Made by a program: the position numbers and the translations under genes. The notes under the pieces are model-generated. The model did not search any database, was not told the DNA's origin, and saw only the letters and a program-made list of their open reading frames with translations. Below are positions 26,484 through 36,828 of a stretch of DNA of 64,000 nt, piece after piece (position 1 is the first letter of the stretch; the number at the start of each line of letters is the position of its first letter). This DNA is from Betaproteobacteria bacterium. Its GTDB lineage: Bacteria; Pseudomonadota; Gammaproteobacteria; Burkholderiales; SG8-41. The DNA lies in NCBI GenBank assembly GCA_947486575.1, contig CANKUB010000002.1:4405-68404 (forward strand). The letters run 5' to 3'.

Positions 26484-27159
26484 ACGCCTGATGAACACCA
26501 GCTATTCCGGCATCGGCATGACGTCGCAGCGTACGCGCATGCGCATGGTGGAGCGCTTGCGCCAGCAGGGCATACGTGACGAAATCGTGTTGTCGGTGAT
26601 GGGGGAAGTGCCGCGTCACTTGTTTTTGGACGAAGCGCTGGCGGATCGTGCCTATGATGATAAATCGCTGCCCATAGGTTTTGGTCAAACCATTTCGCTG
26701 CCGTTTACCGTTGCACGAATGACAGAACTTGCTCGCGCCCGTGGTGATCAAAGTGATCTGAACAAGGTTTTGGAGATCGGCACGGGGTGTGGATACCAGT
26801 GCGCGGTGCTGGCTCGCGTGGCCAAAGTGGTGCATTCGATTGAGCGGCTGGTGCAGTTGACGGCACGCGCACGCAAGAATTTGCTGAATGCGCGTGTGAC
26901 CAATGCCCGATTGCGGCATGGCGATGGGCATAAGGGTATGCCGACTGAAGCGCCGTTTGATGTGATTGTGATGACAGCAGCGGCGACGCATGTGCCCAAG
27001 GCGCTGCTGGAGCAATTGGCAGTGGGTGGTAGAATGATTTTTCCGATGGTGAAGGGTGAAGAACAGCATTTGTGGTTGATCGAACGCACGGCGCAGGGCC
27101 TGCGTGAAAAGCGCATGGACGCGGTAAAGTTTGTGCCGCTGTTGCCGGGCACCGGTTGA
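26476..27159 (+). CDS. pcm: Protein-L-isoaspartate O-methyltransferase
   Basis: [42 protein letters not shown]. Confidence 0.95.
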   Translation: MAERLMNTSYSGIGMTSQRTRMRMVERLRQQGIRDEIVLSVMGEVPRHLFLDEALADRAYDDKSLPIGFGQTISLPFTVARMTELARARGDQSDLNKVLEIGTGCGYQCAVLARVAKVVHSIERLVQLTARARKNLLNARVTNARLRHGDGHKGMPTEAPFDVIVMTAAATHVPKALLEQLAVGGRMIFPMVKGEEQHLWLIERTAQGLREKRMDAVKFVPLLPGTG

Positions 27160-27174
27160 TGCGAATCTGGATCT

Positions 27175-28176
27175 TTGGATAAATACGTGAGCCGTCAATT
27201 TTCGAAATGGTTTGTTGTGTTGACCGCTGTCGCAGCAGGGTTGCTTGCGGGCTGTGCCGCTACACGCCCTGCGCCGGTGTTTGAACGTGAGTCGCCTATT
27301 GCAGGGGCCAAGGTGCCGCCGAAGGCGAAAGAGGTGGTTATTGCGCCCCAGCCTCAGTCAGCGCCGGGTGCTGCTGTGGTGGTTACGCCACTGGGCGGTG
27401 CAGATGGGGCTTCGCTGTATACGGTCAAGCAGGGCGATACGCTGTTCAGCATCGCTAAAGCCAACGCTGTGGCAGTACGCGATGTGGCGGCGTGGAACAA
27501 TATCGAAGACCCTGCCAGCATACGTGTAGGCCAGCAATTGCGCCTTACCCCGCCGGGCGGTGTAATCGTTACGCCTGCGCCATCGCCATCCGTTGCTACG
27601 GCAGAGGCACGCCCTGCAGAAAGTGCTGTGGCTGATCCGAATATGAAAACGCAGCCGTTGGGACAGCGCGTGCCGTATAGCGAGCAGGCTTATGCGCAGA
27701 TGTCCAAATCGACTGTGGCGGCTACGCCGGAAACCAAGACCGATGTAAAGCCCGAAACCAAGGCCGACGCCAAGCCTGATGGGAAGCCCGAGGCACCGCG
27801 TGCCGATGGCGAAGTCGATTGGTCGTGGCCCACGGAAGGCAAAGTCATTGCAAACTTTAATGACGGCTCGAACAAGGGGATTGTGATTTCGGGTAAGCGC
27901 GGGCAAGCCGTAAACGCGAGTGCAGCAGGGCGCGTGATTTTCAGCGGCACCGGCATACGCGGCCTCGGCAAGCTGGTGGTGATCCGTCACAACAGCAACT
28001 ATCTCAGCGTTTATGCGCATAACGACAATCTGCTGGTGAAAGAAGGCCAAACCGTGCGTAAAGGTCAGCGCATCGCGGAAATGGGCAATTCTGATGCCGA
28101 TCAGGTCAAGCTGCATTTCGAAATTCGGCGACAGGGCAAGCCGGTTGATCCGGCAAAATTATTGCCTGCGACCTAA
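27175..28176 (+). CDS. nlpD: LysM/M23 lipoprotein NlpD
   Basis: Lipobox LAGC, LysM YTVKQGDTLFSIA, M23 WSWP...YAHN...LHFEIR; follows surE-pcm. Confidence 0.92.
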   Translation: MDKYVSRQFSKWFVVLTAVAAGLLAGCAATRPAPVFERESPIAGAKVPPKAKEVVIAPQPQSAPGAAVVVTPLGGADGASLYTVKQGDTLFSIAKANAVAVRDVAAWNNIEDPASIRVGQQLRLTPPGGVIVTPAPSPSVATAEARPAESAVADPNMKTQPLGQRVPYSEQAYAQMSKSTVAATPETKTDVKPETKADAKPDGKPEAPRADGEVDWSWPTEGKVIANFNDGSNKGIVISGKRGQAVNASAAGRVIFSGTGIRGLGKLVVIRHNSNYLSVYAHNDNLLVKEGQTVRKGQRIAEMGNSDADQVKLHFEIRRQGKPVDPAKLLPAT

Positions 28177-28258
28177 TCGGTTTAGCCTGATTAAAATGCT
28201 TTTATAAATCAATAAGTTACTGGGAATAGGCCAAATTCCTGTACACTGCACAACTTAT

Positions 28259-28357
28259 GGCGGGCCTCCCCGCATTGCATGGTAGTGAACCTGGTCAGGT
28301 CCGGAAGGAAGCAGCCAAAGCTATTCTCTGCAAGTGCCGGGGGTCAGGCTCGCCACC
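28259..28357 (+). ncRNA. ffs: Signal recognition particle RNA (4.5S)
   Basis: Conserved core GGTCAGGTCCGGAAGGAAGCAGCC; ends pair (GGCGGGCCT / AGGCTCGCC); lies upstream of dnaX. Confidence 0.95.
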
Positions 28358-28401
28358 CTCTTTTTAGATGCACCCTTGCTTGATTTACGGACTATCGTTC
28401 G

Positions 28402-30039
28402 ATGGTGACTCAAGTCCTCGCCCGCAAGTGGCGTCCCAAATCGTTTGCTGAACTCGTCGGACAAGAGCATGTTGTCCGCGCGCTGGGCAATGCGCTGAAG
28501 CAACAGCGGCTGCATCACGCGTATCTATTCACCGGCACGCGTGGCGTGGGCAAAACCACACTGGCACGCATTATCGCCAAGGCGCTGAACTGCGAAACCG
28601 GTATCACCGACACGCCCTGCGGCCAATGCACCGCCTGCACAGAAATTGATGCAGGCCGCTTTGTTGACTTGGTGGAGCTGGATGCCGCGTCGAACACGCA
28701 GGTGGACAACATGCGCGAGCTGCTTGAAACCGCGATGTACGCGCCATCGAGCGGGCGCTTCAAGGTCTACATCATTGACGAAGTGCATATGCTGTCGAAA
28801 AACGCGTTCAACGCGATGCTGAAAACGCTGGAAGAGCCGCCTGCACACGTTAAATTTATTCTCGCCACGACCGATCCGCAAAAAATTCCGGTGACGGTGT
28901 TGTCGCGCTGCCTGCAATTCAATCTGAAGCAGATTCCGCAGCAGCAGATTGCTGGCCGTCTGGCGTATGTGCTTGAAGCCGAACAAGTAGCGTTTGAAGC
29001 GCCCGCGCTGGCATTGATCGCACGCGCGGCGCAGGGCAGCCTGCGTGATTCACTGTCGCTGCTGGATCAGGCGATTGCGCATGGCGGTGGCAAGGTGGAT
29101 GAGGCATCCACGCGCGCCATGTTGGGCGCGGTGGATCAACAGCATTTATTCGATATTCTGGATGCGCTCGCGCGTGGCGACGGCGCGGCCATGATCCAAA
29201 AAGCGGATGACATGGCGGCGCGCAGTTTGTCCTTTGAATCCGCGCTGATTGATCTGGGCACGCTGCTGCACCGGCTGGCGCTGGCACAGCGCATACCCGC
29301 CACCGTGGCAGACGATGATCCTGATCGCGATACGCTGCTGGCGCTGTCAGCACAATTCGGTGCGGATGACATTCAGCTTTATTACCAGATCGTGACCCAG
29401 GGCCGCAGTGACATCGGGCTGGCACCGGACGAATATGCCGGTTTCACCATGAGCCTGTTGCGCATGCTGGCGTTTGCGCCGGGTGCGGTACCTGCGGCGC
29501 CGGTTGCCATGGCGAGTGCGCCTAGGGCACAAAGTGCGGTGCGAGCGGTCGCGCCGCCAGCAATCCGCGTTACGGCGACGGCGGCTCCGGCAGCGCCAGC
29601 AGGGGCAGCATCCGTTGCGTCAACGCCCGTAGTATCCATTCCCGCGAGTACAACGCTCACCTGGGAAGAACTGGTGCAGCACCTGGGTATTGTGGGTCTG
29701 ACCAAACAACTGGCGCAGCACTGTGAAATGGCCGTGCTGGACGCGACGCAAATTGAGTTGAATCTGCCCAAAGCGCAGGAGCATTTGCTGGCCGGTGCGC
29801 ATCAAGGCAAATTGCGGGCGGCGCTGCAGCAACGCTATGGCGCGGCGTTCAAGGTGAATATCAATGTTGCCAACGTTGCACAGAACGAAATCAACTCGCC
29901 GGTGGCGATCGCCAACCGCGAGCAGCAGGAGCGTCAGGCGCAAGCTGTTCAGGAAATCCAGCGAGACCCATTCGTGCGCGAACTGGTTGATAGCTTTGGT
30001 GCGCGCGTGAAAGAATCATCGATTAAACCGAATACTTGA
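28402..30039 (+). CDS. dnaX: DNA polymerase III subunit gamma/tau
   Basis: VLARKWRP, GTRGVGKTT, Zn-binding Cys cluster, IIDEVHML, SRC motif. Confidence 0.97.
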   Translation: MVTQVLARKWRPKSFAELVGQEHVVRALGNALKQQRLHHAYLFTGTRGVGKTTLARIIAKALNCETGITDTPCGQCTACTEIDAGRFVDLVELDAASNTQVDNMRELLETAMYAPSSGRFKVYIIDEVHMLSKNAFNAMLKTLEEPPAHVKFILATTDPQKIPVTVLSRCLQFNLKQIPQQQIAGRLAYVLEAEQVAFEAPALALIARAAQGSLRDSLSLLDQAIAHGGGKVDEASTRAMLGAVDQQHLFDILDALARGDGAAMIQKADDMAARSLSFESALIDLGTLLHRLALAQRIPATVADDDPDRDTLLALSAQFGADDIQLYYQIVTQGRSDIGLAPDEYAGFTMSLLRMLAFAPGAVPAAPVAMASAPRAQSAVRAVAPPAIRVTATAAPAAPAGAASVASTPVVSIPASTTLTWEELVQHLGIVGLTKQLAQHCEMAVLDATQIELNLPKAQEHLLAGAHQGKLRAALQQRYGAAFKVNINVANVAQNEINSPVAIANREQQERQAQAVQEIQRDPFVRELVDSFGARVKESSIKPNT

Positions 30040-30067
30040 ATATTCAATAAAATCAAAGAGATAGAAT

Positions 30068-30403
30068 ATGATGAAGAATCAATTGGCGGGGCTGATGAAG
30101 CAGGCCCAGCAGATGCAGGAAAATATGAAGAAGATGCAGGATCAGCTCGGCACGATTGAAGTCGAAGGACAGGCGGGTGCGGGCATGGTGAAGATTACGA
30201 TGAATTGCCACTACGGCGTGCGCCGCGTGGCGATTGACGATAGCCTGTTAAAAGGCGACAAAGACGACAAGGAAATGCTCGAAGACCTGATCGCAGCGGC
30301 AATGAACGATGCCGTGCGGCGTGCGGAATCCACCAAGCAGGAAAAGATGGCTGGCATGACAGCGGGTATGCCGCTGCCGCCGGGCTTCAAGATGCCGTTT
30401 TGA
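30068..30403 (+). CDS. ybaB: YbaB/EbfC nucleoid-associated protein
   Basis: [29 protein letters not shown]; between dnaX and recR. Confidence 0.95.
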   Translation: MMKNQLAGLMKQAQQMQENMKKMQDQLGTIEVEGQAGAGMVKITMNCHYGVRRVAIDDSLLKGDKDDKEMLEDLIAAAMNDAVRRAESTKQEKMAGMTAGMPLPPGFKMPF

Positions 30404-30425
30404 AGTGTTACGGGTCTGCTGAGGC

Positions 30426-31022
30426 ATGAAAGCACCCTCTGCTCTCGCAGAACTGATGATGGCGCTGCGTTGCCTGCCCGGCGTCGGCCCGAAATCGGCG
30501 CAGCGCATGGCGTATCACCTGTTGCAGCGTGATCAGGCAGGCGCTTCGCGCTTGTCAGGTGCCTTGCGTGCGGCGCTTGATCGCATACGCCATTGCGAAA
30601 AATGCAATTCGTTTGCCGAAGAAGCGCTGTGCGATTTGTGTTCGTCCACGCGGCGCGATGCCAGGCTGTTGTGCGTGGTGGAGTCGCCTGCCGATCTGTT
30701 GATGATCGAGCAGACGCAGAGTTTCAGGGGCATGTATTTTGTACTGGCCGGTGTATTGTCACCGCTGGATGGTGTAGGGCCCAAGGAGATTCATTTGGAT
30801 CGATTGCTCATACGTGCCACCGATGGCGCGGTCAACGAAGTGGTGCTGGCCACCAACTTTACCGCCGAAGGTGAGGCCACCGCGCACTACGTTGGCGAAT
30901 TGCTGACCGCGCGCGGACTTAAAGTCACACGTATCGCGCGCGGGTTGCCGGTGGGCGGCGAGCTGGATCATGTGGATATCGGCACCTTGGCACAAGCCGT
31001 GATTGAACGCCGTGCGGTCTGA
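30426..31022 (+). CDS. recR: Recombination mediator RecR
   Basis: [12 protein letters not shown]4 zinc finger, [19 protein letters not shown]. Confidence 0.97.
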   Translation: MKAPSALAELMMALRCLPGVGPKSAQRMAYHLLQRDQAGASRLSGALRAALDRIRHCEKCNSFAEEALCDLCSSTRRDARLLCVVESPADLLMIEQTQSFRGMYFVLAGVLSPLDGVGPKEIHLDRLLIRATDGAVNEVVLATNFTAEGEATAHYVGELLTARGLKVTRIARGLPVGGELDHVDIGTLAQAVIERRAV

Positions 31023-31971
31023 TAAAAAGCGCGGCCCGCCGCGCTCGCCACGTGTCAAGCCGCGCAGACCGATGGCAGCTGCGCGCACGCCATTTGCTGC
31101 TGAAGCGGAGCAGGAACCGCGCGACGAGGACGCGGTGCTTGCGCCGCGTGCACCGCGTGGACAGCGCGGACCGCGGGCCGATGCCGCGGCGGAAAGCCAA
31201 AAGCTGCAAAAAATTCTGGCGCAAGCGGGGCTGGGTTCACGCCGCTTGATGGAAACCTGGATTGAGGCAGGGCGCATCACCGTCAACGGCAAGGTCGCAG
31301 GCATCGGCACGCGCGTAACGCCCGAGGATCGCATACACGCCGATGGCCGTGCAGTGCAGATTGCCGCAGTGGCGCAGACGCCGCGCGTGCTGCTCTATCA
31401 CAAACCGGACGGTGAGATCGTTACGCGTGATGATCCGCAAGGGCGTGAAACCGTCTTCACGCGCCTGCCAAAATTGCGTGGTGCACGCTGGCTATCGATC
31501 GGGCGGCTGGATGTCAGCACCAGCGGCCTGTTGATTTTTACCACGTCGGGCGCGCTTGCCAACACCATGATGCACCCGCGTTTTGCGGTGGAGCGCGAGT
31601 ATGCCGCACGCGTTTTCGGTCAGCTTACGCAGGAGCAGGGCGCGCAGTTGCTGGAAGGCGTGGCACTGGAGGACGGTCTGGCACGCTTCGATAAAATTGA
31701 TGACGAAGGTGGCGAAGGGTCAAATCACTGGTACCGGCTGGTTGTGAGCGAAGGTCGCAATCGCGTGGTGCGCCGTTTGTTTGAAGCGGTAGGTTTTACG
31801 GTGAGCCGTTTGATGCGCGTGCGCTTTGGCGCGATACAGTTGCCGCCACGACTGAAGCGCGGGCAGATTGAAGAGTTGCCGCCTGCGGATGTTAAGCGGC
31901 TTTTGGCGTGGCTGGAAAAACCCGTTCGTGCTGAAGCTCAAACGCCTCACCGCAACGGCAGGCAGACATAG
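31012..31971 (+). CDS. rluB: 23S rRNA pseudouridine synthase, RluB-like (start uncertain)
   Basis: S4 domain [39 protein letters not shown]. Confidence 0.85.
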   Translation: MRSDKKRGPPRSPRVKPRRPMAAARTPFAAEAEQEPRDEDAVLAPRAPRGQRGPRADAAAESQKLQKILAQAGLGSRRLMETWIEAGRITVNGKVAGIGTRVTPEDRIHADGRAVQIAAVAQTPRVLLYHKPDGEIVTRDDPQGRETVFTRLPKLRGARWLSIGRLDVSTSGLLIFTTSGALANTMMHPRFAVEREYAARVFGQLTQEQGAQLLEGVALEDGLARFDKIDDEGGEGSNHWYRLVVSEGRNRVVRRLFEAVGFTVSRLMRVRFGAIQLPPRLKRGQIEELPPADVKRLLAWLEKPVRAEAQTPHRNGRQT

Positions 31972-32019
31972 AGATATAGCGTCACAAAGATCACGCAAAG
32001 AAATTCTACCGGCTTGCGG

Positions 32020-32943
32020 TCATTCAGAATTGTTACCGGTTTTCTTTGCGTTTTTGCGTTGTAGGGGTTGTAGTTCCTCGCGCGTCAGAACAAATACGCA
32101 ATCGTCGCCACCCGAAGTCTCCGCCCACAAAAACGGCAATTTCGGCCAGGTGCGCTCCACCAGCGCGCGTGCATGTCCGCATTCCACCACCAGCACGCCA
32201 CCGGGATTGAGGTGGCTTGCGGCCTTGGTCAATATCACGCGCAGCGCATCCAGACCATCGTGGCCGGCGGCCAGTGCTAATGCGGGTTCGGCCTGGTATT
32301 CGCTTGGCAAGGTGCGCATGACGGCGCTGCGCACGTAGGGCGGGTTGCTGATGATGAGATCGTAGCGGCGTTGATTCAGCCTGGAAAAGTAGTTTGAAAA
32401 CAATAAGTTAACGCGTTTTTTTAACCGGTGTTTTTTAACGTTGATGGCCGCTACTTGCAGCGCGCCCGGCGAAACATCAGTGGCATCCACCATGGCCTGG
32501 CGAAAGCGTTTGGCGAGCAGAATGGCGAGGCAACCCGAGCCGGTACACAGATCGAGTGCCGTGTGTACGTCGCTGACTGCCGGCAGAAAGGGAAAATCAT
32601 CGTCGAACAATAGTTCAGCAATATAGGAACGCGGCACGAGCACGCGTTCATCGACAAAAAACTGTTGAGTTCCCAGCCACGCCTCCTGCGTAATATACGC
32701 GGCGGGCTTGCGTTCCTTGATGCGCCGTTCGAACAGGGCGAGCACACGCGCTGCATCCGCTGCGACCACCGTGCGTGCAAGCGGCAACTCATCGAGCGGC
32801 AATTTGAGTGCGTGCAGCGTCAGGTAAATGGCTTCGTCGCGCGCATTGGTTACGCCATGGCCAAACGCGAGGTTGGCTTGTGTGAACGACTTTATGCCAC
32901 GATTGACCAAACTGCCCACCGTAGTGGGCGCGACCGTGGGCAC
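32020..32943 (-). CDS. prmB: Ribosomal protein L3 N5-glutamine methyltransferase
   Basis: FGHG..NA.DEA, VDERVLVPRSYIAELL, LDLCTGSGC, ISNPPYV. Confidence 0.93.
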   Translation of the reverse strand: MPTVAPTTVGSLVNRGIKSFTQANLAFGHGVTNARDEAIYLTLHALKLPLDELPLARTVVAADAARVLALFERRIKERKPAAYITQEAWLGTQQFFVDERVLVPRSYIAELLFDDDFPFLPAVSDVHTALDLCTGSGCLAILLAKRFRQAMVDATDVSPGALQVAAINVKKHRLKKRVNLLFSNYFSRLNQRRYDLIISNPPYVRSAVMRTLPSEYQAEPALALAAGHDGLDALRVILTKAASHLNPGGVLVVECGHARALVERTWPKLPFLWAETSGGDDCVFVLTREELQPLQRKNAKKTGNNSE

Positions 32944-32950
32944 GACGGGC

Positions 32951-34135
32951 CTAATTCAATGCATCAAGATTGAGCTTGATGCTTGAGATGTCTTGCGGCG
33001 GCTTGGGCATGCCTTGCGGCGATTCGCCTGCTGGCGTGGGCTTGGATTTATCGTTTTTGTTGGCCATGGCATTGTCGATCAGCCAGCGCAGGTTGGTAGG
33101 GGAATCTGAGTTGGCGAGTGCTTCGTCGAGCGTAATCGTGCCTGCGACGTAATGCTTGAACAGCGCTTGTTCAAAGGTTTGCGAGCCGGGCGCCATGCTT
33201 TGTTCCATGGCTTCCTTGATTGCGCCAATTTCGCCTTTGTTGATCAATTCCTGAATGAACTTGGTGTTCAGCATCACTTCCACTGCAGGCACACGACGCC
33301 CGTCGGCGGTGCGCACCAGACGCTGCGATATCACGCAGCGCACACCGATGGCGAGATCTGAAAGCACGGCATCGCGCATATCGCGCGGGAAAAAGTTAAT
33401 GATGCGGTTCAGTGCGTTGTAACTGTTGTTGGCGTGCAGCGTGGTCATGCACAGGTGGCCCGTTTGTGCAAACAGGAGCGCACTTTGCAGTGTGTCCTTG
33501 TCGCGCACTTCGCCGATCATAAGCAGATCGGGGGCTTCACGCATGGCACTGATCAGTGCCGCTTCATACGAGAGCGTATCGACGCGCACTTCGCGCTGAT
33601 TGACGATGGATTTTTTGTGCTTGAAGGCAAATTCCACCGGGTCTTCAATCGTGAGTATGTGGCCGGGGCGTGTGGCGTTGCGATAATCGATCATCGACGC
33701 CATCGTGGTGGATTTACCCGAGCCGGTTGATCCCACGATCAGGATCAGCCCGAGTTTTTCCATGATCACTTCTTTCAGCACATCCGGCAGACCCAGTGAA
33801 TCGAATGCGGGAATTTCCGGTTTGACGTAGCGAATCACCATCGCGGTGGTGTTGCGCTGCTGAAAAATATTGATACGGTAGTTGCCCATCGCACCGTCGG
33901 GGCCGGGTTCGCCGCGCCGTGCGAAGTTCATTTCGTGAATTTCGTTGAATTCCTTGGTTTGCTGCGGATTCATCAATTCGTAGCAGATGGCATGCACCTG
34001 ATCAGGCATGAGCCGTTGATCGTTTATCGGCATCACCACGCCATTGATCTTGATCTGTATCGGCGCGCCACAGGTGAAGAACATGTCCGATGCCTGCTTA
34101 TCGGCCATCAGTTTGAATAGCGGCGTAACAAACAT
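32951..34135 (-). CDS. pilU: PilT/PilU family type IV pilus retraction ATPase
   Basis: GSTGSGKSTT, TIEDPVEF, NQREV, REAPD...GEVRD, TGHL..TTLHAN. Confidence 0.85.
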   Translation of the reverse strand: MFVTPLFKLMADKQASDMFFTCGAPIQIKINGVVMPINDQRLMPDQVHAICYELMNPQQTKEFNEIHEMNFARRGEPGPDGAMGNYRINIFQQRNTTAMVIRYVKPEIPAFDSLGLPDVLKEVIMEKLGLILIVGSTGSGKSTTMASMIDYRNATRPGHILTIEDPVEFAFKHKKSIVNQREVRVDTLSYEAALISAMREAPDLLMIGEVRDKDTLQSALLFAQTGHLCMTTLHANNSYNALNRIINFFPRDMRDAVLSDLAIGVRCVISQRLVRTADGRRVPAVEVMLNTKFIQELINKGEIGAIKEAMEQSMAPGSQTFEQALFKHYVAGTITLDEALANSDSPTNLRWLIDNAMANKNDKSKPTPAGESPQGMPKPPQDISSIKLNLDALN

Positions 34136-34183
34136 GATTTTTCTCCCGGTGTGTGGCGTCTGCTATGAAACGATACGGAATCG

Positions 34184-35005
34184 CTAGTCTGCCCGCAATA
34201 GATCGTTGATGCTGGTTTTGGCTCGAGTCTGCGCATCAACCTGTTTCACAATGACGGCGCAGTATAAATTGCATTTGCCGTCGGAAGAAGGCAGCGATCC
34301 GGGCACCACCACTGAGCCTGCCGGCACGCGGCCATACAACACTTGCCCCGTCTCGCGATGAAATATTTTCGTGCTTTGCCCGATGAATACGCCCATCGAA
34401 ATCACGGCACCGGTTTCAACGATCACGCCTTCGACGATTTCGGAGCGCGCGCCGACAAAGCAATTGTCTTCGATAATGGTCGGATTCGCTTGCAACGGCT
34501 CCAGCACACCGCCGATACCTACGCCGCCGGAGAGGTGCACATTCTTGCCGATTTGCGCACATGAGCCGACGGTGGCCCAGGTATCGACCATCGTGCCCTC
34601 GTCAACGTACGCACCGATGTTGACGAACGACGGCATGAGAATGACGTTTTTGGCAATGTATGCGCCACGGCGTGCGGCAGCGGGCGGCACCACGCGATAG
34701 CCTGCCTGCTGAAAGTCTGCCGCAGAAAAATTGCTGAATTTCGACGGCACTTTGTCGTAGTACTGCGAGTACCCGTCTTTCAACACGGCGTTGTCTTGCA
34801 GTCTGAACGATAACAGCACGGCCTTTTTCGCCCATTGTTGCGTTACCCACTCGCCGTTAATTTTTTCGGCCACGCGTAACTTGCCGCAGTCGATTTGATC
34901 AATGGTTTCGTTAACCGCATCGCGTACCGCTTTGCTGGCGCTGGCGGGCGAGATATTAGCGCGGTCATCCCACGCCTGCTCGATGGTAGTCTGTAAGGTT
35001 GACAT
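34184..35005 (-). CDS. dapD: Tetrahydrodipicolinate N-succinyltransferase
   Basis: [39 protein letters not shown]; start ATG 35005 preceded by AAGGAG. Confidence 0.97.
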   Translation of the reverse strand: MSTLQTTIEQAWDDRANISPASASKAVRDAVNETIDQIDCGKLRVAEKINGEWVTQQWAKKAVLLSFRLQDNAVLKDGYSQYYDKVPSKFSNFSAADFQQAGYRVVPPAAARRGAYIAKNVILMPSFVNIGAYVDEGTMVDTWATVGSCAQIGKNVHLSGGVGIGGVLEPLQANPTIIEDNCFVGARSEIVEGVIVETGAVISMGVFIGQSTKIFHRETGQVLYGRVPAGSVVVPGSLPSSDGKCNLYCAVIVKQVDAQTRAKTSINDLLRAD

Positions 35006-35024
35006 TGTAACTCCTTGTTTTTGT

Positions 35025-36215
35025 TTACAATTTTTCAATAAAATCACGTATGCGGCGAGCGCTTTCGGCGCACTCATCGAGTGATGAAACCAGCGCGACG
35101 CGTACACGATTCTTGCCGGGATTAACCCCCTGCGATTCGCGTGCGAGGTAGCTGCCGGGCAACACCGTGACATTCTTGTCGATAAACAGCCGCCGCGCAA
35201 ATGCTGTGTCGCTGATGGATGTGGGCAGCCACAAATAAAATGCTGCATCGGGCAGCGTAACATCGCATACCGGTTGCAGTATCGATAGCGCCACGTCGAA
35301 TTTTTCGCGATACAAACGGCGATTTTCGATGACATGATTTTCGTCACCCCACGCTGTTGCGCTGGCCATTTGCACCGGCCCGCTCATGGCGCAGCCGTGG
35401 TAAGTGCGATAGTGCAGGTATTTTTGAATGATTTCCGCGTCACCCGCGACAAAGCCAGAGCGCATGCCCGGCACATTGGAGCGTTTGGACAAGCTCGAAA
35501 ACATCACCAGCCGCTTGAAATCACTGCGTCCGAGTTGTTGCGCAGCAGCCAGCGCGCCCAGCGGCGGCTGGCCTTCCTGAAAATAAATTTCAGAATAACA
35601 TTCGTCCGAAGCAATGATAAAGCCGTATTGGTCTGACAACTCAAACAATGCTTTCCATTGCGCCAGCGGCATCACCGCGCCGGTAGGGTTGCCCGGCGAG
35701 CAGGTAAAAATCAATTGCGTGCGCTGCCACACCGATTCAGGCAAATCACTGAAGTTCGCCGCATAATGGTTTTCAGCCAGACTATTCAAAAACAGCGGCG
35801 TCGCGCGGCCCAGCAGCGCCGCCCCTTCGTAAATTTGATAAAACGGGTTGGGGCAGATCACCACGGGATCCGGCTTGCGCGGATCAATCACCGCTTGTGC
35901 AAACGCGAACAATGCTTCGCGGCTGCCGTTTACCGGTATTATTTGTGTGGTTGCATCCAGATCAACGTGATAACGGCCCTTGGCCCATCGTGCAATGGCG
36001 TTGCGTAACTCAGGCACACCGGCGGTCAACGGATAGCTGGCCATGCCGGCAAGGTTATCGATCAGCGACTGCTTGATGAAATCCGGCGTGGGATGGCGCG
36101 GCTCGCCGATGTAGAGTGAAATCGGCGAAAGATCAGGATTTGGCTTTGCGCCGTCAAGCAGAGCGATGAGCTTCTGAAACGGATAGCTCTGTAGTTTTTC
36201 CAGGTCGGGATTCAA
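35025..36215 (-). CDS. dapC: Succinyldiaminopimelate aminotransferase
   Basis: [43 protein letters not shown]; TTG start. Confidence 0.93.
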   Translation of the reverse strand: MNPDLEKLQSYPFQKLIALLDGAKPNPDLSPISLYIGEPRHPTPDFIKQSLIDNLAGMASYPLTAGVPELRNAIARWAKGRYHVDLDATTQIIPVNGSREALFAFAQAVIDPRKPDPVVICPNPFYQIYEGAALLGRATPLFLNSLAENHYAANFSDLPESVWQRTQLIFTCSPGNPTGAVMPLAQWKALFELSDQYGFIIASDECYSEIYFQEGQPPLGALAAAQQLGRSDFKRLVMFSSLSKRSNVPGMRSGFVAGDAEIIQKYLHYRTYHGCAMSGPVQMASATAWGDENHVIENRRLYREKFDVALSILQPVCDVTLPDAAFYLWLPTSISDTAFARRLFIDKNVTVLPGSYLARESQGVNPGKNRVRVALVSSLDECAESARRIRDFIEKL

Positions 36216-36304
36216 CGATAACTTTCGAATGGTCGCGCTGCCTGCGTGCGCGATTGAGGCCGTGAATTTAATGCAAGGTGCGGATTATAAAGCGATTTTA
36301 CAGG

Positions 36305-36733
36305 CTATCGTGTATTCGCATTCGGTGCGGACGACGCTAATGCGGGCAAACGGCCAACGCGCCATCCACGTGCTGCATGTTCGGCAACCACCGTCGTAAA
36401 TATGCCGCCGCGAACGTAAAAATGTGCGGTAAGGCGCATGAAACGCGGGGCCAGCGCCGTGACCAGATCATCCAGTATGCGATTCGTCACAGCTTCGTGA
36501 AATGTGCCTTCGTTGCGAAACGCCCCCATATACAGTTTGAGACTCTTCAGTTCAACACAGTGCTTTTCCGGCACATAATCCAGCATCAGGGTGGCGAAAT
36601 CCGGCTGCCCGGTTTTTGGGCAAAGGCATGTAAATTCAGGGATTTCCATGTGAATGCGATAATCGCGGCGCGGTGCCGGATTGGGAAATGTTTCAATCGG
36701 CCTGAAATCGTTTTTTGGAGGCTGGCGTGGCAT
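36305..36733 (-). CDS. queF: PreQ1 synthase (7-cyano-7-deazaguanine reductase), short single-domain type
   Basis: [33 protein letters not shown]. Confidence 0.93.
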   Translation of the reverse strand: MPRQPPKNDFRPIETFPNPAPRRDYRIHMEIPEFTCLCPKTGQPDFATLMLDYVPEKHCVELKSLKLYMGAFRNEGTFHEAVTNRILDDLVTALAPRFMRLTAHFYVRGGIFTTVVAEHAARGWRVGRLPALASSAPNANTR

Positions 36734-36828
36734 TTTCGACAAGAGGTATACTGGTAAATCAGTTAGAATTGCGCGCTAAATTCGGTAACGGATTATAACC
36801 CCCGCTCAACTCTAGTCGAAGTAAGAAA

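Noticed and set aside
28402-30039. Programmed -1 frameshift (gamma/tau) in dnaX
   Set aside because: No A AAA AAG heptamer or long A-run found in the linker region.
35006-35347. 114-aa N-terminal extension of dapD in the ORF track (similar over-long starts for mobB, map, senB and the CoA-transferase)
   Set aside because: It overlaps dapC in another frame; homology and the AAGGAG site place the start at 35005.
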